A stretch of DNA of 64,000 bases from Ptychodera flava (taxonomy: Eukaryota), in the NCBI RefSeq assembly GCF_041260155.1, contig NC_091947.1, forward strand, positions 31,706,780 through 31,770,779, given 5' to 3'. Shown here piece after piece: positions 13,441-25,344 of this stretch. The position numbers and the translations under genes are program-made. The notes beneath the pieces are model-generated. The model was given only the letters and a program-made list of their open reading frames with translations, had not been told where the DNA came from and made no database searches. Each line of letters begins with the position of its first letter. The stretch's first letter is position 1.

Positions 13441-13949
13441 TAGCTGTATGTATATCAATTGGTAAGTGAGGAGTGGCAAAGATCTTTCATCAAAGCGGTC
13501 ACATTACAAACAATTATTTTACCGGGAAGTCAGACAGACACAGTTCGGAGGGGAAGGGTACCACCACAGTGCCATACACAGGGTATACACATACATGATG
13601 CAGTTTTGCCCTCCCAGTCCCCTTTTTACCTCATGAGACATTCTGACTGGGGAATGTTGATACAATGTAGACTTTGATCCCTGCTTTCAACTCAAGTAGA
13701 ACTATTGACTTACAATTTTGTAGAAAATGTAGAGTTTGGACATTAATATTTGGTAAAAAATGTAGACTACTACGGACACATTGTGCCATCTGTGGATAAC
13801 AATTGAACCACATCCATCTTAACAAGAGAAGGACTGTTGAGCCAACTGGCAAGATGCACTGCTCTGTTAGATTCTGTTTATTAAAATATACAGTAGACCT
13901 CATAAATGTAGAGTGAATATGACATAAAAAGACAACATTTCATACTTAC

Positions 13950-14048
13950 AGCATGTTCAAAATCATTTGACATCCCCATACTAAGTTCCAGAGTGTCTTT
14001 AGAAATACCAAGTTTTTCACAAACAGAATCCCGGCATTGTATGAGTAT
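13950..14048 (-). CDS. PLPBP: PLPBP/YggS exon: ILIQCRDSVCEKLGISKDTLELSMGMSNDFEHA
   Basis: Acceptor (-) ttacaaccacag, donor (-) gtaagt. The motif ELSMGMSxDF is diagnostic of the YggS family; phase 0 at both ends. Confidence 0.8.
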
Positions 14049-14499
14049 CTGTGGTTGTAAAAGAAAAATTTCTAAAATAAGTCAACCGGAGTTTGGTGCT
14101 TAACCAAGATGCATCTGAATTAATCTATTGATATAGTTTTTTGAAACCATTTTGCATAACCAATACTGATGTATTTTTTTCCAAGAGTACAAGAATTTAA
14201 TGGTTAATGATGTCACCAATTCTGTCAAATCTGACAAAAAATACTTAGTTCAGACAGCCCTGATATAGATTTTTAACAAGTCATCGTTGATGACACAGTC
14301 CCCACTTGTTAATGGGTACTTTGATTACAGGTCCTGAGAGAGGATAGAGTCCTCTTCATTAGGTCTGTGATAAAAATACTTTTGAATAAATTCGCTTGAT
14401 ACATGTCTGAGCTGTAGTTCAGGACATGAAAGAATCGTAATAAAATGGCCACATGGCGGCCTTATTGGATCGTATCACAGAACAAATCTATGTGCATAT

Positions 14500-14850
14500 G
14501 TATGACAGACATCCAGGTCTATGGGTTTGCTCAGAATTAGATATATGCATAATTAATGAGGTACAGTATGAAGCATCATAAGGTCTCCCATCATACTATA
14601 TATGAAGGGTGTACCACTTGTGGTTCCTGAGTTATGGACAAATATGTATATTTGAGGTCAAAGGTCACCGAGGTCACATGACATTTTGTCAAAAAGATTG
14701 TAGTGCTAAGTTATCCCTATATACCAAAAATCAGACCTCTAGCTCTATTGGCTCGCTCAAAATTAGATATGCGCATAATTGATGAGTTACAATATGTGGC
14801 GTCATAAGCTGTCCCATCATACCATATATGAAGGGTGTACCCAGGGTTCT
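14500..14850 (-). repeat. ~1.7 units of the ~225-bp satellite (same family as 1-1745) in reverse orientation, ending in ..gtgtacccagggttctgcc
   Basis: Reverse-complement match to the unit at the window start. Confidence 0.85.
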
Positions 14851-15949
14851 GCCAAGAGTTCCAAGAGTGCTGGACGGCTCATTAATATTCATGAGCATTA
14901 ATATTCATGAAAAACTGTAACATTTATATGCTTGTATTTTTACATTCTTTGGGCTTGATATACAAATAATGGCCAATTCCACTGTACCTTCAAAGTATTT
15001 TTTCAGTTTTAATTGAACAAAACAGAAAGAAAACAATCTTTAGTAGTTGTAAAGGAATCTTTTGAAGCTTCTGAAATATAATGTACCACTTTTTTGTCAT
15101 CATTTTCCTGTGCTTATATCATCCCTCACCACTATGAAGTTTGGATTACCATTGCACTGTACCAGCATCCAGTGTTTTTTCAAATGACCTAGGTGGTCTT
15201 GTTACTGCTCATGCGCAGACTCTATAGAGTTTAAACCAAGAACTTAGGGGTTGGCTAATCGGCCATAGTTTTGAAAGTGGAATTTCTCGATGTCAAATTC
15301 ACTTCAATTGCTTCTTGATAGTCATTGTAGAATGGGAAAATTCACAAACAGAGAGGCTTGTTGCCACGGACAAGTAACTTTTGGCTTATTGACCTGAAAA
15401 ATAAGTGAGTGTTCATTGATAATTCAAAGACTGGATTCGTTGACACCAAACTTGCTCGTGACTTTCATTGCATGCAGTCTTTCCACAATGCCACTCATTG
15501 AGTTTGAACTGAACATTGAAGAGTACGTTTTAGTTAGAAGTCCTGTTTTTTGTGCTTATTTACGCTTCCGTACTTCATTTTTGTGGTGTTATAAACCTTG
15601 ATACAAAGCAAAAAAACTTCAGTTTTTCTCCTTCTTTCGATCGTACAGAGATACTGTGTGACAGGAAAACCGTGTCTAGTTCATTAGGGCGATGATCTTA
15701 TGAACCTACGTTCAACTGCTGAACAGCTTTTCATATGCAAAATTAGCTAATCAACCAGTGGTATTGTTTAAATAGCATTTTATTGAAAGGCATTCTATAG
15801 TACCATTGTTTTCATCAACTCTTCATGCAATTTTATGAACCGCTTGACCTCAAAAGTGTTACTCATAGACATTCATGTTGATTGTTCAAAGCATTGAACT
15901 GCAAGTGCCCGTCGGTCACTTGTCAATGCTGGTCGGAAATTCTGAGTGC

Positions 15950-16645
15950 CGGACGGGCCCGTCCAGCGCCGTCCGGCGTGGGCAGAACCCTGGGTGTACC
16001 ACTTGTGGTTCCTGAGTTATGGACAAATATGTATATTTGAGGTCAAAGGTCACCGAGGTCACTTGACATTTTGTCAAAAACATTGTAGTGCTAAGTTATC
16101 CCTATATACCAAAAATCAGACCTCTAGCTCTATTTGCTTGCTCAAAATTAGATATGCACATAATTAATGAGGTACAATATGTGGCGTCATAAGGTGTCCC
16201 ATCATACCAAATATGAAGGGTGTAGCACTTGTGGTTACTGAGTTATGCACAAATATGTATATTTGAGGTCAAAGGTCACCAAAGTCACGTGACATTTTGT
16301 CCAAAAAAATTTTATTGCTAAGTTATCCATATATACAAAAAATCAGACCTCTAGCTCTATTGGCTCACTAAAAATTAGATATGCACATAATTAATGAGGT
16401 ACAATATGTGGTATCATAGGGTGTCCCATCATACCATATATGAAAGGTTTAGGACTTGTGGTTACTGAGTTATGGACAAATATGTATATTCGAGGTCAAA
16501 GGTCACCAAGGTCACGTGACATTTTGTCAAAGTGTCTGAGATATCTGCTTGAACGGATGGACTCATGGATGGACTCACGGACGGACATGACCCAATCTAA
16601 AATCCCCCTTGACTTTATCTTTGGGGACTAAAAACTGTGTAACTG
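15950..16645 (+). mobile_element. Satellite-carrying element: 5' 'ggcagaaccctgggtgtacc', then ~2.5 units of the 225-bp satellite (15990-16540), then a 3' tail with (ggatggactca/ggacgga)n and a hairpin ending ..ctttggggactaaaaa
   Basis: The same 5' motif in inverted orientation terminates the opposite array at ~14829-14850, and the same 3' terminus type recurs at 17100-17150. Together with the 14500-14850 array this forms head-to-head inverted arrays. Confidence 0.7.
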
Positions 16646-16697
16646 CATCCTAATGCAATATGAATATGATGAGAAACTAAATTTTTATTTTTCTTGG

Positions 16698-16875
16698 CCT
16701 TATACATGGGAGTCTATGGACTGCCTTATACATGGGAGTCTATGGACTGCCTTATACATGGGAGTCTATGGACTTCCTTATACATGGGAGTCTATGGACT
16801 GCCTTATACATGGGAGTCTATGGACTGCCTTATACATGGAAGTCTATGGACTGCCTTATACATGGGAGTCTATGG
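16698..16875 (+). repeat. 26-bp minisatellite (ccttatacatgggagtctatggactg) x ~6.8
   Basis: Direct reading; it produces the spurious repetitive ORFs 16653..17006 and 16694..16888. Confidence 0.9.
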
Positions 16876-16989
16876 AGGTGAAAACTAAAAAGTCCTCTAA
16901 CACGGCCAAATTTGATCGCATTGTGAAACAAATCGATGTGCATCTGTATGAGGTAGGGTACTATCCTTGTACCAAGTTTGAACGAAATC

Positions 16990-17150
16990 GCTCCAGGCGT
17001 CTCTGAGATATCTGCGTGAACGGACGGACGGACGCACGGACGCACACACGTACGCACGCACGCACGCACGGACGCACGCACGGACATGACCAAACCTATA
17101 AGTCCCCCCGGACGGTGTCCGTGGGGACTAAAAAGACAACATGGTAGATA
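16990..17150 (+). repeat. Second element 3' tail: gtctctgagatatctgcgtgaacgg(acgg/acgcacgg)n...catgaccaaacctataagtccccccggacggtgtccgtggggactaaaaag (terminal hairpin plus A-run)
   Basis: Paralogous to 16540-16645, with the same order of motifs; hairpin gtcccc..ggggac. Confidence 0.75.
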
Positions 17151-17486
17151 GAGAGGAGATATGACATAGTATTTATCTGAATGGTAGTGTTCTGTGTTCA
17201 ATCTTACATATTCTTGAGGCCATAACAGGGCTGATACAAAGAAATTTCTACAATATTTTAACAATGGATGAAAGAGTTTGAGAGATCTTACATAATATTG
17301 CAACTTGTTTTGTTACAAATAGCTGTAATGAGTACTCAGTGAGCTTACAACAAGGTGAAGACGGGTAGAACGTAAACTTTGTAATGCATTCAAGAAGAAG
17401 CCTTGAGCAATTCATGTGATTTAGCATGATCTACAAATACTTTTTTGCTGTCTGTCATGAAAATAGTGAACAAGCTTGCAGAATAC

Positions 17487-17629
17487 CTGGAAATCTGGGT
17501 TTGGTCCCTTGCTTAGGTCATGGTCAAATGCACCAATTGTCATCAAGCCGAGCAGATGAAGATTTGTACAGTTCTGTTGGACATGACTCACTAAACGAAC
17601 AGCTTCATCAGGTTTGACACCGTGTTTAC
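17487..17629 (-). CDS. PLPBP: PLPBP/YggS exon: (S)KHGVKPDEAVRLVSHVQQNCTNLHLLGLMTIGAFDHDLSKGPNPDFQ
   Basis: Acceptor (-) ttttccttcag, donor (-) gtattc. The conserved GLMTIG and PNPDF motifs are present; the first 2 nt complete a phase-1 codon from the previous exon (a+gt = Ser). Confidence 0.8.
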
Positions 17630-18518
17630 CTGAAGGAAAAGAATATGAAATTTAAAAGCCCCCAGAGACTGAATCACTCACTGTACAAATATATGGCTGC
17701 ACTGCTGTAGAATGAGTTGTATACCATTCCTTCCAGTTCTCACACAAACACATTGCCAAACAGCAAATCAGGAAGAGAATAGCCATAGTTTTATAAGTCT
17801 TCAGTTGCTGTAAATAATGACAAACTAAATAAGGTACGACCTTCAAAGCTGCTACACACGGCCCAAGTTTATCTGTCCAACATTAAAGAGTACAGCAGAT
17901 GTGATTTTTCTGTACTGATTTTGCTGAAGACAAAGACTATACATTAGAGCCCACATAAGGGACAATGTGCTTGAGGGTAGGTGACCATTTGCTGATGTCA
18001 GGAAGGCAAATTGTCACCTGCCTTGAGGATACGCAGCCCCTTGTTTGGGCTATGATGTTTTTATTACATGCCTTTCTTACATAGTTTTCACTCTAAAATT
18101 CTGGTTTTAATGACAATCATATGCTTTATTTCAAAGTTAGACTACAACCCGTTGAAAAAATAGAATGATTTTCATCATCAAATAGTGCATTTATATATTT
18201 TAATCACTGTTGTATGGTTTATAAAATTTTTTCATGTATAATTTTGTAAAAAGACTATTTCCTTCCTATTTAAAAGATGTCATAAGATCATTTTTTTAAT
18301 CCAAAGTTGTCAAGTTGAAAATAGTTCTGGTTTACTTTCAGCCAAATGATGACTGCCCACAATGTCATCAACAAGTTACCACTGAATACTATGGAGTGCA
18401 CAACATTCAATAAACAAGGCATGTAATAATCAGTATTACCGCCTTCTAACCTGTGGTCTCTGCTTTCTGAGTACCAAACAAATGTTCAGTACAAGATATA
18501 GAGATTCTACAGACTTAC

Positions 18519-18653
18519 TGTCTTCTCCACTTGTGTTGACTTGAACCATTATTTTCAGCTTATCAGGTTTCTTCAGCCTACCCCAACTTTGATTGATAGA
18601 GTCTGCAAGTTTTTGTGTGTCAACTGTTTCAATCATAAATAAATTGGGAACAC
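18519..18653 (-). CDS. PLPBP: PLPBP/YggS exon: (G)[44 protein letters not shown](+1 nt)
   Basis: Acceptor (-) cttttttacag, donor (-) gtaagt after gaagaca; conserved ..VNTSGEESK.. region. Confidence 0.8.
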
Positions 18654-19019
18654 CTGTAAAAAAGGGTATTACTTTGTATGACTTCAAACTGCTTGTTCTT
18701 CTGTAGAGAAAAAACTTATTCACATAATACAGTAAAAGTGTTACTGATACTAGAAAAACAAACAAACAAAACAATCAACCTTTCTCGTCTAATTTACTAC
18801 TTTTAAATTAATTCTTTAATTGGCAAAAGCATTATGAAGAAATTTCATGAACAGAAAGACTACTTATGAGCACCAATTTGTCTAACACTTTTTGTGTAAT
18901 GTAGATAAGATTATTATGATTGCATAAACTGTCTTTTATCTCTGTGACTCTTGAAATTAGTTGTGCTGTATTTGTTTGAGAGTCTAGAATGGGTTCTACC
19001 AGAGCATAAGCACACTCAC

Positions 19020-19131
19020 CTAAAACTTTATTGACCTTGTTTCTCTGTAAATGTCCAATGAAATGCCATTTTATATCAGTACACTGACTGATCATTGTGC
19101 TGTCATGACCTTTATCAACCAATTCTTGAAC
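19020..19131 (-). CDS. PLPBP: PLPBP/YggS exon: VQELVDKGHDSTMISQCTDIKWHFIGHLQRNKVNKVL(+1 nt)
   Basis: Acceptor (-) atttcacag, donor (-) ag|gtgagt; conserved WHFIGHLQxNKV motif. Confidence 0.8.
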
Positions 19132-19799
19132 CTGTGAAATGCAATGATACAACATTCAATGAAATAAAAAGGTTGTTTGATGAATATCAATATGCATGAG
19201 ACGAAATTTACATTAGTGTAACTTGCATGCAACCCTTGACTCAAGCAGCAACAGTACCAGATCTGATCAACTGAACTCCAATAAAAGAGGGCAAAAGTCA
19301 CACAAATATTCAAAATTTTAATCTTTCACATGCGCTTTGCAAGAAGATTTCTTCTGCATTCAGATTTTTTAATAATTTTGACTCATGGATGTATAGACTT
19401 TCTTAAATGAGAATTAAAATTTGATATTACAGATACTTGTATTTTTAACCTCTTATTGGCTACAATCACAACACTAGTGATGATGATGACCATTATGGTG
19501 ATTATGATCATGATGATGTTAAGTCACTTGTTTTACTCTGGAACAAAAAAGATGCACAATGTTCACAGACTCAGTATACCGCAAAGGTCTTTTGATGGCC
19601 ATACAAACCAACCAACATGTACAAAAACGCTTATGGAAATACACATATATTACTAAGTGTGTTTTCAAATTTCAGGTGTGGTTTCGTTCGTAACACATTT
19701 CTGTTTCTCTTGAAATCTTGATTTAGCCCCTTATTAAACTATTTATTCATTTCACTGCAATTTCTATGTTATCACTTGTGAGAAATGATGACCACTTAC

Positions 19800-19907
19800 A
19801 TAATTTTCACCAAAGTGTCTTTGACCACATCCATAAGCCTCTAAAAGCATGGACACCGGTTTGGTCTTGCTGACTGCAACCAACCTTGGCTGAATGTGAG
19901 CAAATTC
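19800..19907 (-). CDS. PLPBP: PLPBP/YggS exon: [36 protein letters not shown] (contains the PLP-binding Lys of VSKTKP)
   Basis: Acceptor (-) cttgcag, donor (-) gtaagt. Hallmark YggS motifs LVAVSKTKP and GQRxFGENY. The first coding exon (~20-25 aa) is upstream (>19907), but I could not place it unambiguously. Confidence 0.85.
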
Positions 19908-20865
19908 CTGCAAGAATTGAACGAGCAGTGAGTGGTAAATATGCATCGTATGTATCTTGTATTTCATCAGTGGATTCAGTTGAAATATTACAGTAAAATA
20001 CTCATATTTGCCGCGATCACTCCACAAACTATCTGCCAACAATGTTCGTCTACCTCGTCAGGCCGCATAAATGATTTTGAAGTACAGCACGGTCGATCAC
20101 CATTAAGCAATATGATTGGGTTTTGCAATTTTTTACCTAATTTGTTGGGGCGGAGCAGTCAGCATACAACAAAGAAATGCTGCTTACGCCAAATTTTAAG
20201 CGACTTTTTTATTTGGACGATGAAACAATTTCATGTCGCTCACAAAAAAGTTGCAACATTGTGTGAGTCGGCAAGTGACTCTCAGAAGAACGTCACAGTT
20301 GTATCTAAAAATGTCAGTGATTGACATTTATTTTGTGTGTATGACAACGCAAATCGGGCGACACGTGCACAAACTGCAACTTAGGTTCGCGTTGATTGCG
20401 CCAGAAGTTGTATAAACAACTTGTCCTGCGGGCGACCAGATTTTATTTTTGACTTGCCCTAACATAAATTTCACTTGTCCCGGCCGTCGGGCGATAGGAA
20501 TTGTCAAGCCCTGAAACTTTTGCTCTAAAAGCTGCCAACCAGTCTCTTCTCAAGTCAAAAAATTAAAACCAGGAGTCAATGTGAGAAGTTTCGTACCGAA
20601 GAAAAAAATACAAAACATTCACTGGGCCTCCCTAAAACAACAATAACACCACTATTTGAAAGTTCTGACATTGCATAGCACTTCAATCGTTAACACGATG
20701 ACAACGCTGGCAGGCTAGGTCACATGGTCAAAGGTCATAGACAAATGTTTGCAGCCGGTCAGGTTAGTTTTCTCGAGTTAGTCCAGGCCCGAAACATTTT
20801 CCCTTGGGCTACAATGAGTAAATTTTGAGTTCATTTTAAATGGTATCTTTTGTCATGATGCATTC

Positions 20866-21540
20866 ATGAGCATGCAGTATACTAGCTGTAATATGTGGCG
20901 CTGTGGCGTCTATCAAACGTGCTCGGGTTAAGGGTCATCACCACAGAACTGCTGTGAGCCACCCCATAGACTTTTTTGGTAGTTTACTACAACACCGGTT
21001 GGTGTTGCTGATTTACCTTGCAAAATAATGAAATATATTAGTCTTTGAATAAATATACGTGAATCTTCTTTATCATTGCCCATCTATGACTCATTCTCTA
21101 CCCCTGATAACTAGCTTGACAATAAGAACATGTATTTTCATCCATTTTCCTGTGAGCCGTTGACGGTTTCTGCAACGTATTCCCGCTTGTGCGTACATCG
21201 TACTGAATACGTTGGAGGTCAAAAGTTCAAATTCGAGCAGAAACCGTCGACAGCTCATGGAAAAATGGTTGAAAAGACATGTTCTTATTGTCTAGGTAGT
21301 AACCAAGAGTAGAGGATGAGTCGTAGATAGTCAATAATAAATTTGGTTTATTTATTCAACAACTAATATCTTTCATTATTTTGCGAGCTGAATCAGCGAC
21401 ACCGATTGGTGTTGTAGTAAACTACCAAAGAAGTCTATGGGGTGGCTTGCAGCGGTTCTGTGGCGATGACCCTTAACCCAAGCGCAATTGATATACGCCA
21501 CAGCACCACTGCGATATCACAGCTAGCAGTATACTGTCAA
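20866..21540. mobile_element. Foldback/MITE-like element: ~125-bp TIRs (20870-21000 vs 21376-21530) enclosing a second nested palindrome (21075-21325)
   Basis: The outer arms (…gtggcgctgtggcgtctatcaaacgtgctcgggttaagggtcatcaccacagaactgctgtgagccacccc…) and the inner arms are reverse complements. A related partial arm occurs at 26920-27000. Confidence 0.75.
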
Positions 21541-21889
21541 TTGCAGGGCTTGCATTCAATCAAAGGGACTGCAAACGGACTGGTCGCCCGCTTCACCGGC
21601 CATCTGACCAACTTCCCGAACATTGACCAACTTCCTGAGCTCAAGGTGAATCATGGCAGAAATGTACAATTACTTGAACCAATTTATACACAAATTAGGA
21701 ACAGTTTGATTCAATCATTCAACAAAATCTGTCTCCGAAAAAATCTTAGCGTGTTAACGATGCGACTCAGGTTCAAAGGTCAATTTTAGCAATTTTTTTT
21801 TTATTTCAAATTTCGAACCACTGACACGTGGTCTTTCTTTTGGGGAAAGGTGTTGGGTCACATCGTACCGGGAAATTCCTGAAATATTA

Positions 21890-24400
21890 CTAAAATGGCA
21901 AACTATCAGCTCCACCGCGTGCCATTATTTCCCTTTTGTCTTAACGGTCGCGGATTACCGACCACGATATCTTTGATAAACACGCAGAGATTATGTATAG
22001 GCTTTGCGGTATAGTGCGCATGCGCTAGCTTCAACGTTATGCTCAGCGTTTTGAACTCCGCATGTATCGGTACGGCAAACACGTCGAGCAGACCAAAGCC
22101 GGCGCTCGCGCTCCGTACCGTCGAAAAAGCAAGCAAGGTCCACAAAAGTGGACCTGAAAAAGACGGCAACGTGCGCAAAGGTCGATTTAAATGTAAAACA
22201 GTCCGACTTTGGCTCATACTCCCTGCAATAACGATCAAGAATGCAGTGAAGAGTCAGATTTGGCCGAGGACGCAGACGATAACGGAGACAACTATTTGAC
22301 ACGCTGCTTTTCGAATTAGGCTATGCTGATTGCATACCCGAGTCCAACAATTAGCCTGAGCGAGATGAAACTTCTGTTAGTTGCAATAATTTTATCACTC
22401 TTGCTGTACATGCTTGGTGTTAGTATCGTGTTCTCTTATATTTTTAAACTCGAGTTTTCTATCGTGCAGTCTTTTCGTGTCTGCTGAGAAACCTTGAACA
22501 ACACCGTACCCGACAACAAGTGACATTTATGTCAAGGAGTTTCCCAAGCCAGTGCAGGAGTTCATACACACATAATGTAGATTCACAAGAGCAAGTTCAC
22601 CGATCTGCTAATTTTTCGAAACGAAATGCAAATATTTTTTTTATTTCATGCCTTTTCTTTCTTTAAATATAACCCAAAAATTAAATTACGTCAAACGTGA
22701 ATTGCGAGGGTTCACAAATGATTAGGCTATTGTGTGCGTGTTGTCTAAACTTATCAATTACCCGCAGACTCCACAGCTGCTAGCTGGACCTCAACACTGA
22801 ACGTAAAACAAACCCGGCTCAACTTCTAGAAGTGCTGAAACTAGCAATTTTTGCTATATGAGGTCAGTCATCGAAAGTTTGACTAAAAGTAAAAATCTCC
22901 GAAATAATTATGTGTGCTCTGGTATTGCGCAAGTCGAGTGACTCCACTGTAGACTAGTCGATACTCTGTCTCTCGGAACACGCTGTCGATGACAGCCTGC
23001 ACTGTTCTACGCTACGGCGTGATTATTATTAGTTTGATAAAATCGGTACAAGAACACATATAAATAAAGTTTGAAAAAATAACACGAGTCAATCTCTCCC
23101 GTCGTAACGAAGGGCGACAAGTTTGCAGTGCGGTGCAAAAGCTAAGAAAATACGACAGACATTTTATGTTGTCAAGAGTTACATGTGTTCGTCTCATCTT
23201 GAGGTAGGAAAACTAGCAAGTGACGTCCCGTTCGCACAGTGTCGGCGCTAACATGAACTTGACAATCACTTTTCACAAAGAACATGCATAAATTGCCGAT
23301 CGCGAGACAGGAAGTAGATACTTGAGTCAAGAACAAGTGAATGCCCGACGCGATCGCGCGACGACAGCACACAGATCTCGATCTGATAGACTTCTTTACA
23401 CAAGTTTCGACGTCTTCGTCTTGACTGTGAACACTGGTAACCAGATTGTAACCGTTGAGTTAACAGTATACAGTTAATATGCTAGTTAAACGTTCCAAAA
23501 ATGGATTAAATCGCTAAGTACCCCTCTGTGTTTGTTGTGTAAATACCACCCACTGCTGGCACTAAGCATTGCCAGTTCAGTGTATAATTTCTTTCTATTT
23601 TCACACGATCTGCAATCCTAAACATATTCAAAATTCCAAAACTGACTCTAAATATTTCAACTTATTCCTGGTATAAGAAAATTCGCAGAAAATAGTGCGC
23701 GAGTCGGACTTCTTGGTCACAATGTGTGACGCATAGGTCGTTTACACAAATCGTCGATTTTCTCAGTTCCGTTTTTGGCAGTGCGTACATTATTCAAATA
23801 AGTATAAGTCGGCGGCGCGTGGACAGACTAGCCTGATTTTTCACCTGTGGACAGTGAATGAATATATCTGAAAGACCGTGTCTCAGATTTCCGATAAAGG
23901 GCCTGGAAGTGAAGATATCCTGACAAACGTGAACAAAGGCCGATAATTTATGCAAAAAACGTCAAGTTGACACTTTGAAGGTGCATTGTGCGAAAACAAA
24001 AGCGAATTTCACAAATCCGGGACACGGTTTTTGCCCAGTATACCCAGCCGTCGATTGCCGTAAACAGATCACCAAGGCCGATTGGAGATTTGTACTTACA
24101 CTTTTTTGAGTAAAAAAACTAAAAAACACGTGTTTTTGAGTAAAACAGCCGTATGCGCACTGTTTTTGAAAAACTAACACATTTTCTGAACTCTTCGGTG
24201 ACCGAGCAGATAAAAAAAGTACCACATGTCGGGTGTGTGACCACGTCTTCTTTGTGAAAATGAGGATTGAAAATAAGTGACAATGAAACTGAGTCGCTAC
24301 CTTAATAGCCACCTTGGATATTGACAAACGTGTGACAATAGCCAACTTGACGCGTGGCAATAGACACTTTGTTTTTTATGCTGATATGATAATGGAGGTA
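21890..24400. promoter_or_regulatory. CpG-rich island-like region (dense CG dinucleotides, e.g. gcgcatgcgctagc, cgcgatcgcgcgacg) in an otherwise CpG-poor AT-rich window. It is a putative promoter region for the upstream end of PLPBP and/or an unannotated divergent transcript
   Basis: CpG density judged by eye; no recognizable conserved ORF. Only short ORFs are present (e.g. a 40-aa signal-peptide-like ORF from ~22354). Confidence 0.3.
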
Positions 24401-25344
24401 GAAGTGAGATTTACCTACTTATTGTGGAACTTTATTGTTTTTGTTGTTACAATGTTGACATTTGATTTGGTGCTGAGATCCTGAGTGAAACCATGAAAAA
24501 TCACTGTGTGCATTGTGTACCAATACTCATTGTTGTCAGAATCGCACCAACACTTAATAAGATCACAGGCGGTCCGAGTCCCGAGTTTGTGGCCCAACTA
24601 CTAGTAAATCAACTAATTCACTTATGTACATGCACTTTCTGTTGCCGTATGATCGTTCCCAACTTGGTCACGTGGGGCTGTGTTACGAAACGCTCGCGTG
24701 CCGGTCAGTTGTTATTTAATAAGAATGTTATGCCGGCAAAGTTTGAATGTTCCGCAATGAGTAAACGCGGTGCAGTGTATCATATGGATTACCGATATTT
24801 AATCGTTAATGTCTTGTTCTTACCGTAGATCTTGCCAGACATGCTGTTTGAACCCTTTCAAGGACAGACTTTAGAGCTTTCGTTACGTTGCTGTCTGCTG
24901 CAGCCATCACGACTCTGTACATTATCACCAATGTTTGCATTCATAGACTGTATCTTCGTCTGGTGATGTAAGTACAGTATGGAAATGTTATTTTATTGTA
25001 TAAACTACAATAGATTTTAAACCCCTTACTTCTGTTTTCAGATTTATTTCCTTAATTTAATGGCATGAATTTTCTGCTAATTGTCCTTCGATTAGATTCA
25101 CTTTAGATATTCAATCCGTGTACTGGAAATATCAAATATCATATGTCATGAGAAGCCCTTTAAGTGACCGTAAAATATCTATGTGATGTGACTGTCTATT
25201 TATATTTGTGTGTAGTTCTGCGTACAGAAACGGATCTTGCTGCTTTCAAATGAAAAATGGGAACTTGGTTTACATGTGCAGGTTATCCCTAATGCTTCTG
25301 TGCAAGCAGACGAATGTTCACATGCGATTCTTATTTTAACGACA

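Noticed and set aside
16653-17006. 117-aa ORF with repeated PYTWESMDCLIHGSLWTALYMGVYGL
   Set aside because: It is produced by the 26-bp minisatellite, whose period gives an open frame; the repetitiveness matches the DNA repeat exactly.
17652-17846. 64-aa - strand ORF initially considered as the PLPBP middle exon
   Set aside because: The translation (…KTMAILFLICCLAMCL…) does not match the YggS family. The genuine exon (…GLMTIGAFDHDLSKGPNPDFQ) was found at 17487-17629 with proper splice sites.
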